Below, one piece after another: positions 9,846 through 23,044 of a stretch of DNA of 64,000 nucleotides. Source of the stretch: Alphaproteobacteria bacterium. GTDB lineage: Bacteria; Pseudomonadota; Alphaproteobacteria; Bin95. Position numbers and translations under genes: made by a program. The notes under the pieces were generated by a model that was given only the letters and a program-made list of their open reading frames with translations, did no database searches and was not told the DNA's origin. Position 1 is the stretch's first letter, and every line of letters starts with the position of its first letter. Location of the stretch: positions 315,136 to 379,135 of the forward strand of contig OZ219788.1 in NCBI GenBank assembly GCA_964291285.2. The letters run 5' to 3'.

Positions 9846-11154
9846 TCAGGCTTTGTGTTCGCGCCAGTTCGGCGGCAGCGCGATGCCGACGGCCTGGAAG
9901 ACCTTTCCGACCTGGCCCTCGACATGGGTGCGGGTGGTGATGCGCTTGCCGTCCTTCTCGATGGTGGCCTCTTGCAGGCGGTCGAGATCGCGGATCAGGT
10001 CGTCCCATTCGACGTTGACGTTGGCGGCGGCGCAGCGGTCGGCCAGTTCCTTCTGGAGGACGAGCGCGAGGAAGGAGCAGAAGACGTGGCCGCGGATCGC
10101 GGCGTCGCAGGAGTGGTAGATCGGGCGGGTGCGCAACTGGGCCTTCGCCCGGCGGAACAGGTCTTCCACCGTGAGCAGCTCCCGGTAGCGGAGCACGGCA
10201 TTGAGCGGCGTCATGCCGGCGTTGGTGCGCAGCACGAAGATGCCGTCGAAGCGGGCCTCCTCGGCGAGCTTGCCGGCGTCGATCTCGAACGCCTTGCCCG
10301 CGCCCGTGCGGCGCAGATAACGCCGGTAGGCGCTGTTGCCGATCAGCGCTTTCTCGCCGTCCGCAAGGCGGCGCTGGAGGCCGTCCACCACGGCCTGCCG
10401 GTCGGCGCGGTCCTTCTGTGCCTCCGCCTCGTTGCGGCACACGATGTAGCGCGCGCCGCCCACCGTGACTTCCTTCACGAACAGCTGCGTCTCGCCGCGC
10501 GGACGCTTGAGGAGCAGCGGCACAAAGGGCTTCGTGTCCTTCAGCACCACCTCGCGGACCACCTTCGTGCGCCGCTCGCGCGCGCCCAGGATGTAGTCCA
10601 GCCCCCGCTCTTCCAGCGCCGCTATCGTCGCCGCCGAGATCATCCCCCGGTCCGCCACCACGCACACACGACCGATCCCGAAGCGTGACCGAAGACGGTC
10701 CACGATCGGCAGCAGCACCCTGGTGTCGGCCGTGTTGCCCGGCAGCATCTCCGTGCACACAGGCCGGCCCTCGCCGTCCAGCACCACCGCCAGAACCATC
10801 TGGCGCAAGTCCGGGCGATGGTCCTTCGAGTAGCCGTGCGCGCCCAGCGTCTCGCCGCCCGCGCCGTGGAACGACAGCGTCGTGGTGTCCATGAACACCA
10901 CAGACAGGTCGGTGAACAGGTCCCGCCTGTGCTCGAACAGACGCTCCTCGATCCCGTCCTTCACGCAGCGCGGCGCAAGCGCGCCTTCCGCCGGCGCCTC
11001 CAGCTCCTCCCCGAGCCAGGCCATCGCCCGATACAGCTGATGAAGCCGCAGCCCCTCGATCCCCTCGATCGCGTAGTCGGCCATCCACTTCTCGCACGAC
11101 CGGTCCGAACCCGACACGAACAGACGGTGCAGAACGCTCACGAACACCGCGCGC
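9846..11154 (-). pseudogene. IS1634-group transposase, C-terminal 432 codons (detached from its N-terminus by the IME)
   Basis: ...AVFVSVLHRLF...DTTTLSFHG...YSKDHRPDL...VVADRGMIS...IYH.... It continues exactly from the N-terminal fragment at 32969-33305. Confidence 0.85.
11144..11154. repeat. 11-bp direct repeat ACACCGCGCGC, putative attL core of the IME
   Basis: The identical 11-mer occurs at 32969-32979. Both lie at the two break points of the IS1634 transposase reading frame. Confidence 0.7.
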
Positions 11155-11273
11155 CGCACCTGTCGGTTCTAACCTGTTGATACAGCGTCTGTTTTTCCTC
11201 GTGCAACAGCGGGTCAGGGGTGCAACTGCAACCGCAATGTGCCCCGCCTGCAAATGGATGCAGGAGGAAATCC

Positions 11274-12395
11274 ATGCCCATCGTACGCCTCAACGAGAGC
11301 CGGATCGAGGCCCTTGAATCCCGAAAGGCGCCATATGATGTCCGCGACGCAGAGCTGAAGGGCTTCGGCGTCCGCATCCTGCCTTCGGGCAGCAAACGCT
11401 ATTTCATTCACAGCCAGCATCAGGGCCGGCGCCTCTGGAAGACCGTGGGCGACGCCGGCAGCATCGGCTTCGACGAAGCCCGCCGGCAGGCAACGGAACT
11501 GCTTGCCGCCATCCGGCGCGACGAACCCGCCGCGCTTCCCGAAGACAGGCTCTTCGAGGCCGTGGCGGAGGAAGTCTTCTCCCGCTACGGGCGGCACTGG
11601 AAGCCCGGAACCATGAAGGTCAACCGGGGCTATCTGCGCAGCACGATCCTTCCCCGGTTCGCCGGGATGAACATCGCCGACATCACGAAAGCCGACGTGC
11701 AGCGCTGGTTCGCGTCCCTTCATGCCACGCCGGTGGCGGCCGACCGGTCGGCGCCGATCCTGTCCGTCATCATGCGCCAGGCCGAACTCTACGGCTACCG
11801 CCCCGAGGGCAGCAATCCCTGCACCGGCATCCGCCGCTACCGGCGCAAGGGACGGGAGCGGTTTCTTTCGGCGACCGAGCTTCGCCGCCTCGCGCGCGTG
11901 CTCGGAGATCATGAAGACCGGCATTCGCGCTGCGTCGCATTCATCCGCCTGCTGCTGCTGACCGGCTGCCGCAAGAGCGAGATACTGACCCTGCAATGGT
12001 CCGACTGCCGCGAGGGGCGCCTGTTCCTGCGCGACGGCAAGACCGGGCCCCGGACCGTGTGGCTGTCCTCGCCCGCGCGCGCCGTCCTGGACGGGCTTGC
12101 CCGGCAGGGCAAATGGGTCTTTCCCTCGCCGCAGAGGCAGGGGCCGGTATCCGCAACCGTCTTCGAGACCTTCTGGTGGCGGGTCCGGGAGGAGGCGGGG
12201 ATTGCCGATGTGCGCCTGCATGACCTTCGGCATACATATGCCAGCATCGCCATCATGGGGGGCGAGACCGTCACGGCGACGGCGCGGCTGCTCGGGCACA
12301 ACGATGCGCAGACAACACTGAAATACGCTCATTTGTCCGACCGTTCGGTCCGGGAGGCCGCCGACGCCCTCGGCTCCATCCTCGGGGAGAGCTGA
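11274..12395 (+). CDS. tyrosine recombinase / phage-type integrase with a DUF4102-like N-terminal arm-binding domain (373 aa)
   Basis: AGGAGG lies 6 nt upstream. MPIVRLNESRIEAL...YDVRDAELKGFGVRILPSGSKRYF.... Catalytic region ...LLLLTGCRKSEIL...HDLRHTYAS...LLGHNDAQTTLKYAH. Confidence 0.9.
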   Translation: MPIVRLNESRIEALESRKAPYDVRDAELKGFGVRILPSGSKRYFIHSQHQGRRLWKTVGDAGSIGFDEARRQATELLAAIRRDEPAALPEDRLFEAVAEEVFSRYGRHWKPGTMKVNRGYLRSTILPRFAGMNIADITKADVQRWFASLHATPVAADRSAPILSVIMRQAELYGYRPEGSNPCTGIRRYRRKGRERFLSATELRRLARVLGDHEDRHSRCVAFIRLLLLTGCRKSEILTLQWSDCREGRLFLRDGKTGPRTVWLSSPARAVLDGLARQGKWVFPSPQRQGPVSATVFETFWWRVREEAGIADVRLHDLRHTYASIAIMGGETVTATARLLGHNDAQTTLKYAHLSDRSVREAADALGSILGES

Positions 12396-12398
12396 TCC

Positions 12399-13544
12399 AT
12401 GCCGAGGCGGAAAAGGCTCACCGACGCCGGCATCGCAAGGCTTCGGGCCGGGGCGCGCGAATATACGGTCTGGGATACCGGGGTCGCCGGGCTCGGGGTC
12501 AGGGTTCGCCCCTCCGGCAGCCGGACGTTCATCTACCATCGCAAGACGGCCGACGGGTTGCGGAAGATGTCCTTCGGTCCGGCAGCGCTGCGCAAGGTCG
12601 CGGATGTGCGCCGCGCCTGCATGGAGGCCGCGACCGGGGCCGCCGACGCGGACGCAGCCTGTCGCGAAAGGGCGCCGCTGTTCGGGAATTTCGTGGCCGG
12701 TCAGTGGGAGGCGGATTGTTTCGAGCGCTGCAAGCCGTCCACGCAGAGGAACTTTGCCGGCATTCTGAGACGGCAGCTGCTTCCGGCCTTCGGCTCCCGG
12801 CGCCTCGACCGCATCACCCGCAGCATGGTGCTCCGCTGGTTCGAGGCTTGCAGCCGGACCGCGCCGGGGGCGGCCAACGCCGCCCTCGCCCTGCTGCGGC
12901 AGATCCTCAACCACGCCATCGCCTGCGGGTACATCGAAACCAACCCGGTGCGCGGCATCCGCCGCAATCCCGGCCGGAAGATGACGCGCTTCCTGTCCCG
13001 AGAGGAAATCACACGGCTTCACCGTGTCCTCGATCGGTATGCGCAAGGGACGGTCTCGCAGGCTCAGCAGGCCGACATCATCCGCCTGCTGCTGCTCACC
13101 GGCTGCCGCAAGGGTGAGATCGTGTATTTGCGCCGGGAGGAAGTGAAGGACGCCCGGCTCGAACTTGCAGACGCCAAGACGGGACCGAGAACGGTCCTGC
13201 TGAACGCGCCGGCACGGGAGATCGTCGCGCGCCGGATGCGGCAGGGAAACGGCCCCTGGGTCTTCCCCTCCGTCAGGGACCCGTCCCGGCCCCGATGCCG
13301 GGAGCTTCCCCTCTGGTATCGGGTTCGGCGCGAGGCCCGCATAGAGGACGTGCGCCTGCACGACCTTCGCCATACCGTCGCCAGCCAGGCGGCGATGAAC
13401 GGCGTGCCGCTGCCGGTCGTCGCTCGCCTGCTCGGACACGGCAATGTGCGCATGACGATGCGCTATGCCCATGTCGGAGACCGCGAGATCGAGGCGGCGG
13501 CGGAACGGGTCGGGCGGGCGATTGCAAACTTGATGGCGAAGTGA
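12399..13544 (+). CDS. second tyrosine recombinase / integrase, a paralog of the preceding gene (381 aa)
   Basis: It starts 3 nt after the int1 stop. ...EYTVWDTGVAGLGVRVRPSGSRTFIY...LLLLTGCRKGEIV...HDLRHTVAS...LLGHGNVRMTMRYAH. Confidence 0.9.
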   Translation: MPRRKRLTDAGIARLRAGAREYTVWDTGVAGLGVRVRPSGSRTFIYHRKTADGLRKMSFGPAALRKVADVRRACMEAATGAADADAACRERAPLFGNFVAGQWEADCFERCKPSTQRNFAGILRRQLLPAFGSRRLDRITRSMVLRWFEACSRTAPGAANAALALLRQILNHAIACGYIETNPVRGIRRNPGRKMTRFLSREEITRLHRVLDRYAQGTVSQAQQADIIRLLLLTGCRKGEIVYLRREEVKDARLELADAKTGPRTVLLNAPAREIVARRMRQGNGPWVFPSVRDPSRPRCRELPLWYRVRREARIEDVRLHDLRHTVASQAAMNGVPLPVVARLLGHGNVRMTMRYAHVGDREIEAAAERVGRAIANLMAK

Positions 13545-13624
13545 TCGAGCTTCGCCGATGGCATACCGTTTCTCACGGCCCCGGAACACGCTCCCAGGCA
13601 TGACGACACGGCACACGGCACACG

Positions 13625-16762
<3,138 letters not shown>

Positions 16763-17314
16763 CGGGAAGGGACAGTCAACTGGTTCATGACGCGACGGAT
16801 CATCAGGTCTTTGTTGGCCGGTGCGCTCTCGGCAATCAACGGGGTGAGCCGGTCAGCACTCGGGGATCAAGCCGGCGCGCGACGCACTCCTGCGCCAGAT
16901 AGGGCAGGAAGAGGAGCGCAGATGCGTTTGTAGTCGTCGGTGACGGACGGCCCTTACCAATGAAGTAGAGCAGATGCACCACCTCCTCCTCACAGCTGCG
17001 GCAGAGCGGTTCGCCGGACATGGTCCGCTTGATGTTGCGACGATAGCGTCCAGGGCATCGCTGCGCTGGTTGCCGAAGAGCGGCGATGCCTCGCCTCTCG
17101 CTACGAGAACGCGTCTCGGGTCCTTGATGGCATGGGTTGCGCGGTCGGCGTCGAGTGCACCGACAGCCGGTTTCACGCCGGCCGGCCTTTCCATGCGGTT
17201 TTCGTCGTATTCCAGGAAAAGACGCCACATCTCGGTATTGGCCGAGCTGATGTCGGAAACAGCCGAGCCGGTATCGCCGGCCGGTTCAACCATATTCCGG
17301 ATTATCTTCGTCAT
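16763..17314 (-). pseudogene. decayed or frameshifted ORF(s) of unknown function between orf380 and hsdR
   Basis: Good GC3 coding signal runs from ATG 17314 (MTKIIRNMVEPAGDTG...EMWRLFLEYDENRMERPAG...DALDAIV). It then switches frame near 17020 (RNIKRTMSGEPLCRSCEEEVVHLLYFIGKGRP...). No single intact frame spans the 523-bp gap. Confidence 0.3.
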
Positions 17315-18428
17315 CGCGCAGGACGCTCTCCAGTTGGGGGTTCAGCAGCTTCCATCGCTGACGTACCCGCTCGAGATCACCCTTGAGGATGACCGGCACC
17401 CGGTCCTTATGGGCCTGAACCACGCGCTCGTAATCGGCCTGTTCCAGAACCGCCGCGACCGACTGCCATTGCCCGTCGATTTCGGTGCGGAACCTGATCG
17501 TCCCGTCCACATCTTCCTCTTTGCGTTCCAGGACACGAACGAAGCCATACAGAAGCACATCGGGCCTTGGCGCACGCTCTCGCAGGGAGCGCGCGGCCTC
17601 GCGCAGCAATACGGCATCCTTCGATCCGAACTGGGAAACCGACGGCGGCGTCTTCACCGGCCGCGTCCGTGCCCACGAGACGCTGATATCCAGCTTCGGG
17701 AACGGTTCGACGATTCTGGCAAGCGCCTCACAGAGATTGGCGCTCACCCCGCTGGATACTGCCTCTCCGAAGGCACCGCCATCGTCGGAACCCGCCCGCT
17801 CTGCCGCCCGACGTACCGCGGCCAGCGCCTCGACAAGCCGTTTCGTCATCCGGCGAAAGATCGGCGCGTTAAGGTCATCCGAAGCCTCATCCTCGAACAA
17901 CATTAGCATGGGCGGCGGCATGGCCGGTGTCAGCAATGTCACCACAAAACTGCCCTGGTCCGTCTGCCCAAGCCGCATCTGCCGCAAAAGGTCCGCCGCG
18001 TCCCTGTTTGCACGAGCACGGTACACCGGCCGCGGGTCATGAAGCGAGCACGCCGCCGCCAGCACCAGGTCGCTGGCGCCATCGATCAGGGTCACGCCGT
18101 CGTTCAGTCCCAGGCTGCCGTCGTCGCTCTCCGCCGCCCGGATGCGAATCGCATCGCGGTCCGCTGTCGTGAGCGCACGGTAAACGGTCAACGTGTCCTG
18201 GTCGGCTACCTGCGCGAAGGTCTCGATCAACGCCGCCACGGCACTTGCATAGTCCCCGAGGCGCGTCGTCAGCGGCACGACGATTTCCGGCAACGTGTCG
18301 CCGACATAGATGTCCGAATGCTCGCGATACGAGTCGCAGCGGCTCCAACCCGCGATGCGGGCGTAGGCGGACAGCGCCGCCGGTGAAATCGCCAGCAGCG
18401 CGTCGCGGTCTTGAATGCTGACTTGCAT
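17286..18428 (-). CDS. hypothetical protein (380 aa), no domain recognised; partner of the DUF4365 protein
   Basis: The ATG shares one base with the upstream stop (TGATG at 18428). Protein-like composition with high GC3. I could find no catalytic motif. Confidence 0.7.
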   Translation of the reverse strand: MQVSIQDRDALLAISPAALSAYARIAGWSRCDSYREHSDIYVGDTLPEIVVPLTTRLGDYASAVAALIETFAQVADQDTLTVYRALTTADRDAIRIRAAESDDGSLGLNDGVTLIDGASDLVLAAACSLHDPRPVYRARANRDAADLLRQMRLGQTDQGSFVVTLLTPAMPPPMLMLFEDEASDDLNAPIFRRMTKRLVEALAAVRRAAERAGSDDGGAFGEAVSSGVSANLCEALARIVEPFPKLDISVSWARTRPVKTPPSVSQFGSKDAVLLREAARSLRERAPRPDVLLYGFVRVLERKEEDVDGTIRFRTEIDGQWQSVAAVLEQADYERVVQAHKDRVPVILKGDLERVRQRWKLLNPQLESVLRDDEDNPEYG

Positions 18429-18928
18429 CAGAGTTCTCCCGTCCTGGATTGCTCCATCAGCCTTTGCAGGGCCTCAACATCGAGTATGTTCCGCTCGGGG
18501 ATATGAACGGTAACGGTCTTCTGACCGGCGACTTCATCATGGCCCCGTTGCAGGCTCAGCCAGTAGGCGCGACGCCGCAGGATGAGAGCCTCCTCGGTCA
18601 CGGACAACCAGCGCGCTTCGTCTTCGGGAAGCTCCAGCACCACGAGCAGCCGAGGCGTCTGCGTCCCGGCACGTAGATCGTCGTAGTTCTTCAAGGACAG
18701 TCGAAACGGCAGGACGCCGTTTCTTGGCCCGCTGAGATCGGCAGTGGCCTTGAGTTGCAAGTCGAGGGCCGGGCGATATGTACCTCCCGCCTGAACCCGC
18801 AGGTCGACGCTGTCGCGGTCCGGCGCCGGCACAGAAGTCAGAAACCCTGCACGCGCCGCCAGCGCCTTGACATAGACCAGGGACAGCCCCTCCTTCCTGT
18901 CAGGAGAGGTGAGCAGGCCGCCAGTCAT
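18428..18928 (-). CDS. DUF4365-like protein (166 aa, predicted restriction-endonuclease-like fold)
   Basis: EGLSLVYVKALAARAGF...DRDSVDLRVQ...ALDLQLKAT matches my recollection of the DUF4365 pattern (D...(D/E/Q)xK core). There is a 4-nt overlap with the hsdS stop. Confidence 0.65.
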   Translation of the reverse strand: MTGGLLTSPDRKEGLSLVYVKALAARAGFLTSVPAPDRDSVDLRVQAGGTYRPALDLQLKATADLSGPRNGVLPFRLSLKNYDDLRAGTQTPRLLVVLELPEDEARWLSVTEEALILRRRAYWLSLQRGHDEVAGQKTVTVHIPERNILDVEALQRLMEQSRTGEL

Positions 18929-20544
18929 GCAATCTCTCCGACAATCTGTTCAGCATCCCGAAGTCGGACTTCGCCGGACATCAGTTTGGGAAGCAGCCCG
19001 TGTAGAATGCCGACGAGAGAATGACTTTGCCGGGAAGCCGCACTTGCTCGAGCGATAGGCGGACGAACCAGATTTCCGAACGCGACGGCGACTTGCTCTG
19101 TCGGGCACGCAAGTGGGAATTTTTGCAAGGCTTGGGCCTGCACCCGCTGGCGACCGCTTGTACCGGTCATGTTCTGAATGGCAAATTCGCGGAAACGAAA
19201 ACTTCGGGCGAGACAATATGCGAATTCATACGGAAGCGGAGACTTGGGGCGCAAGACAATGTACTCTGTGGATCCCCAACCTACCTCGCCTTCCTGCAAG
19301 AAATCGACATAGGCCGTCTTTCCGTTCTCTAGGCATGGCGTGATACGAGCCATAAGTGTATCGCCGTTCATGAACTTTGTCCCCGAGCCAAAGGGACGAG
19401 CAGAGATGGTATCAGGTATATGTCCCTTGGCTGGCATGTTCGCCATATCGAGGTACGGAGCGGTTTGCCCCTTGGGCAAACGCCGCAGGGGATTGACTGA
19501 GATCAGATCGTCGAGCGGGCTCACTTCCCACCCCTCCGGTATCTCGCCGATTTCGGAATTGGCGAAGCGGTCGGGAAACAGTTTCCATATTTCGGGAGGC
19601 AGATAGGGCGCACGCCCTTCCATCTTCGCCCGGACCGGCCCGAAATCGACGAACCAGTCCTTGAAGATCGCCCGCGCCATCGCCTCCAGCGTCCCGTTCA
19701 TGCGCCGGTTCAACGCGATCTTGTCGTCCAGCGCGCCGAGGATGCCCGCAATCGCCCGCTGCTCGGGAAGGGGTGGTAAATCGATGTTCAGATTCTTGAT
19801 ATCCGAGGGCCTTATTGACGGATAAGCCGAAGTACTGTGTTCGGCAATGGTATGAAGCTGGTTGATAATTCGTTCCTGAACAAGAAACCAATAGATGAAA
19901 CCAGTGTCAGCAATGTCTTCACGCGCACGAAACACCGCAAAGCCAGTAGATGCGAGAAAATTCTCTGGAACATCCCGTAGCAACCCGAAGTGCCTCTGAT
20001 TGGGCCGGACGGTTGAGAATACGATGTCGCCCGGTTCAATTTTGCGACGCGCACGGTCAGGCAGCTTGTCTTTGTTCAGCTTCAGGCATTGAATCCTCTC
20101 TATTCGGTTATCTGTGATGCTGCCTGTATCAAGGTAATTGACAAATGGCCAATCTTCCTTCGGGGAATATGTTGCTTCATTCATTACGGTGCATTCGCCA
20201 AGTCGTATCCTGTGCCAATGATTGGCAGGAACTAGCGGTTTGGCCAGTACCACATGGTCTCGCTCAATTTGCTTCCGGAAGGAGCCCGGCACGTCATCCC
20301 AGACGAACAGGTCCACCCGGAATGGGAGACTGCTTTCCTCCAACGCTTCCCGGAGGTCGGAAACGGCGCGCTTCTGTTCGGGCGTCGCGAACACCACCAT
20401 ATCGATGTCGGATTGGGGGCGAGAGGTCCAACTGACCCGGGAACCGTAAGCCCAAGCCTTGGTGTCCGGGAGATGGCGTTCGAGCAACGCCAGAATATCT
20501 TTGCGTTGCCCGGCGGTGATGTCGATGGAGAAGTTTATTCCCAT
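18925..20544 (-). CDS. hsdS: fusion protein (539 aa): N-terminal minimal nucleotidyltransferase (MNT) domain joined to a type I restriction specificity subunit HsdS
   Basis: aa 1-~105 carry the MNT signature AYGSRVSWTSRPQSDIDMVV. The rest is a two-TRD HsdS with conserved LPPLPEQRAIAGILGALDDKIALNRRMNGTLEAMARAIFKDWF and a C-terminal LLPKLMSGEVRL. It is one continuous frame with no internal stop. Confidence 0.8.
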   Translation of the reverse strand: MGINFSIDITAGQRKDILALLERHLPDTKAWAYGSRVSWTSRPQSDIDMVVFATPEQKRAVSDLREALEESSLPFRVDLFVWDDVPGSFRKQIERDHVVLAKPLVPANHWHRIRLGECTVMNEATYSPKEDWPFVNYLDTGSITDNRIERIQCLKLNKDKLPDRARRKIEPGDIVFSTVRPNQRHFGLLRDVPENFLASTGFAVFRAREDIADTGFIYWFLVQERIINQLHTIAEHSTSAYPSIRPSDIKNLNIDLPPLPEQRAIAGILGALDDKIALNRRMNGTLEAMARAIFKDWFVDFGPVRAKMEGRAPYLPPEIWKLFPDRFANSEIGEIPEGWEVSPLDDLISVNPLRRLPKGQTAPYLDMANMPAKGHIPDTISARPFGSGTKFMNGDTLMARITPCLENGKTAYVDFLQEGEVGWGSTEYIVLRPKSPLPYEFAYCLARSFRFREFAIQNMTGTSGRQRVQAQALQKFPLACPTEQVAVAFGNLVRPPIARASAASRQSHSLVGILHGLLPKLMSGEVRLRDAEQIVGEIA

Positions 20545-20951
20545 ATCTGTTCGGTCATCGTTTGGTAGAGGCCTATGGCGTCGTCGATAAACGTGGGCAT
20601 CAATGCCAGGCAGGCTTTCGCTTTCTCGCCGTCGTAATCGTGCGACGTATTGATACGCGCTTCCGCATATTCAAGCCAATCTTCCAACGGAGAAGCGAAC
20701 AGGCTGTTTTCATGTGCAAGCCTGAAGAGAGGCTTGGGACTGTTGGGTACTTCGGCAATGCCGAGTTTCTCGTTAAGGTATCTTTTCAGTACCTTCCACA
20801 AGTAGTCGTAGCAGGTCTCGAAGCGCTGAATGACCGACTCGGCGACCCCTTCCCGGGTCATTTCGGATAGTCCTTCGTCGGGCGACTGATAGTTGTCATG
20901 TTGCTCCTCCAGGCGTTTCAAGGACAACTCGAATTTTCCATAGTCGATCAT
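20535..20951 (-). CDS. HEPN-domain protein of the HI0074 / nucleotidyltransferase-substrate-binding type (138 aa)
   Basis: MIDYGKFELSLKRLEE...VIQRFETCYDYLWKVLKRYL... with an Rx4H motif (RINTSH). It overlaps the MNT::hsdS start by 10 nt. An alternative upstream start is at 21023. Confidence 0.75.
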   Translation of the reverse strand: MIDYGKFELSLKRLEEQHDNYQSPDEGLSEMTREGVAESVIQRFETCYDYLWKVLKRYLNEKLGIAEVPNSPKPLFRLAHENSLFASPLEDWLEYAEARINTSHDYDGEKAKACLALMPTFIDDAIGLYQTMTEQIWE

Positions 20952-20973
20952 GTACAGCCCTTCCGCACCGCTT

Positions 20974-21221
20974 TCACCAGGAAGAGCGGCGCAAGACCAG
21001 CGCCTCAACGGTTCCGGCCGCATCCGGCTCCCCGTCAGGCAACCCTTCGGGGTCGCCGTGCTTTCCCTGCCAGGACTCCGTTCCCGTATCGAGGTCGATC
21101 TTCTTCACAATCATGCGCTCGGGAGACAGATCATCGTAACCCCCTTCGTAGCCGTCCACCACGACATGCAGCACGGGCGGATAGCCGCCAGGCAGCTCGA
21201 TCAATTCCGCAACCGTCATGC

Positions 21222-21225
<4 letters not shown>
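20974..21225 (-). CDS. small hypothetical protein (83 aa)
   Basis: The start overlaps the hsdM stop (ATGA at 21222-21225), which suggests translational coupling. Acidic, protein-like sequence with no recognisable domain. Confidence 0.4.
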
Positions 21226-22826
<1,601 letters not shown>

Positions 22827-23044
22827 GCTGCGCCCTTTCCGGTCAAATCCTGCGCCGCCACCCTAGGTCTCCGCTTGCCGGACATTTCCCCGAAGGCGCT
22901 CCGCGATGGTCGGCGCAAGGCAACCTTTAGCGCGCCGCCAGACAGCCTGCAATCGACCCCATGAGACGACCGGCGCGGGAACGGCTTATGGCGGATCCCG
23001 GCCCGGCGCAAGAAAACGCCGATGCTGCCCTTGCCCGCGCCTGC

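Noticed and set aside
1-11154. Composite transposon formed by the two IS1634 copies
   Set aside because: Copy 2 has its own 5-bp TSD (TCAAG) on both of its sides and cleanly splits IS66 tnpC. It therefore inserted as a single IS, not as the end of a composite. The left end of copy 1 is off window, so this cannot be tested further.
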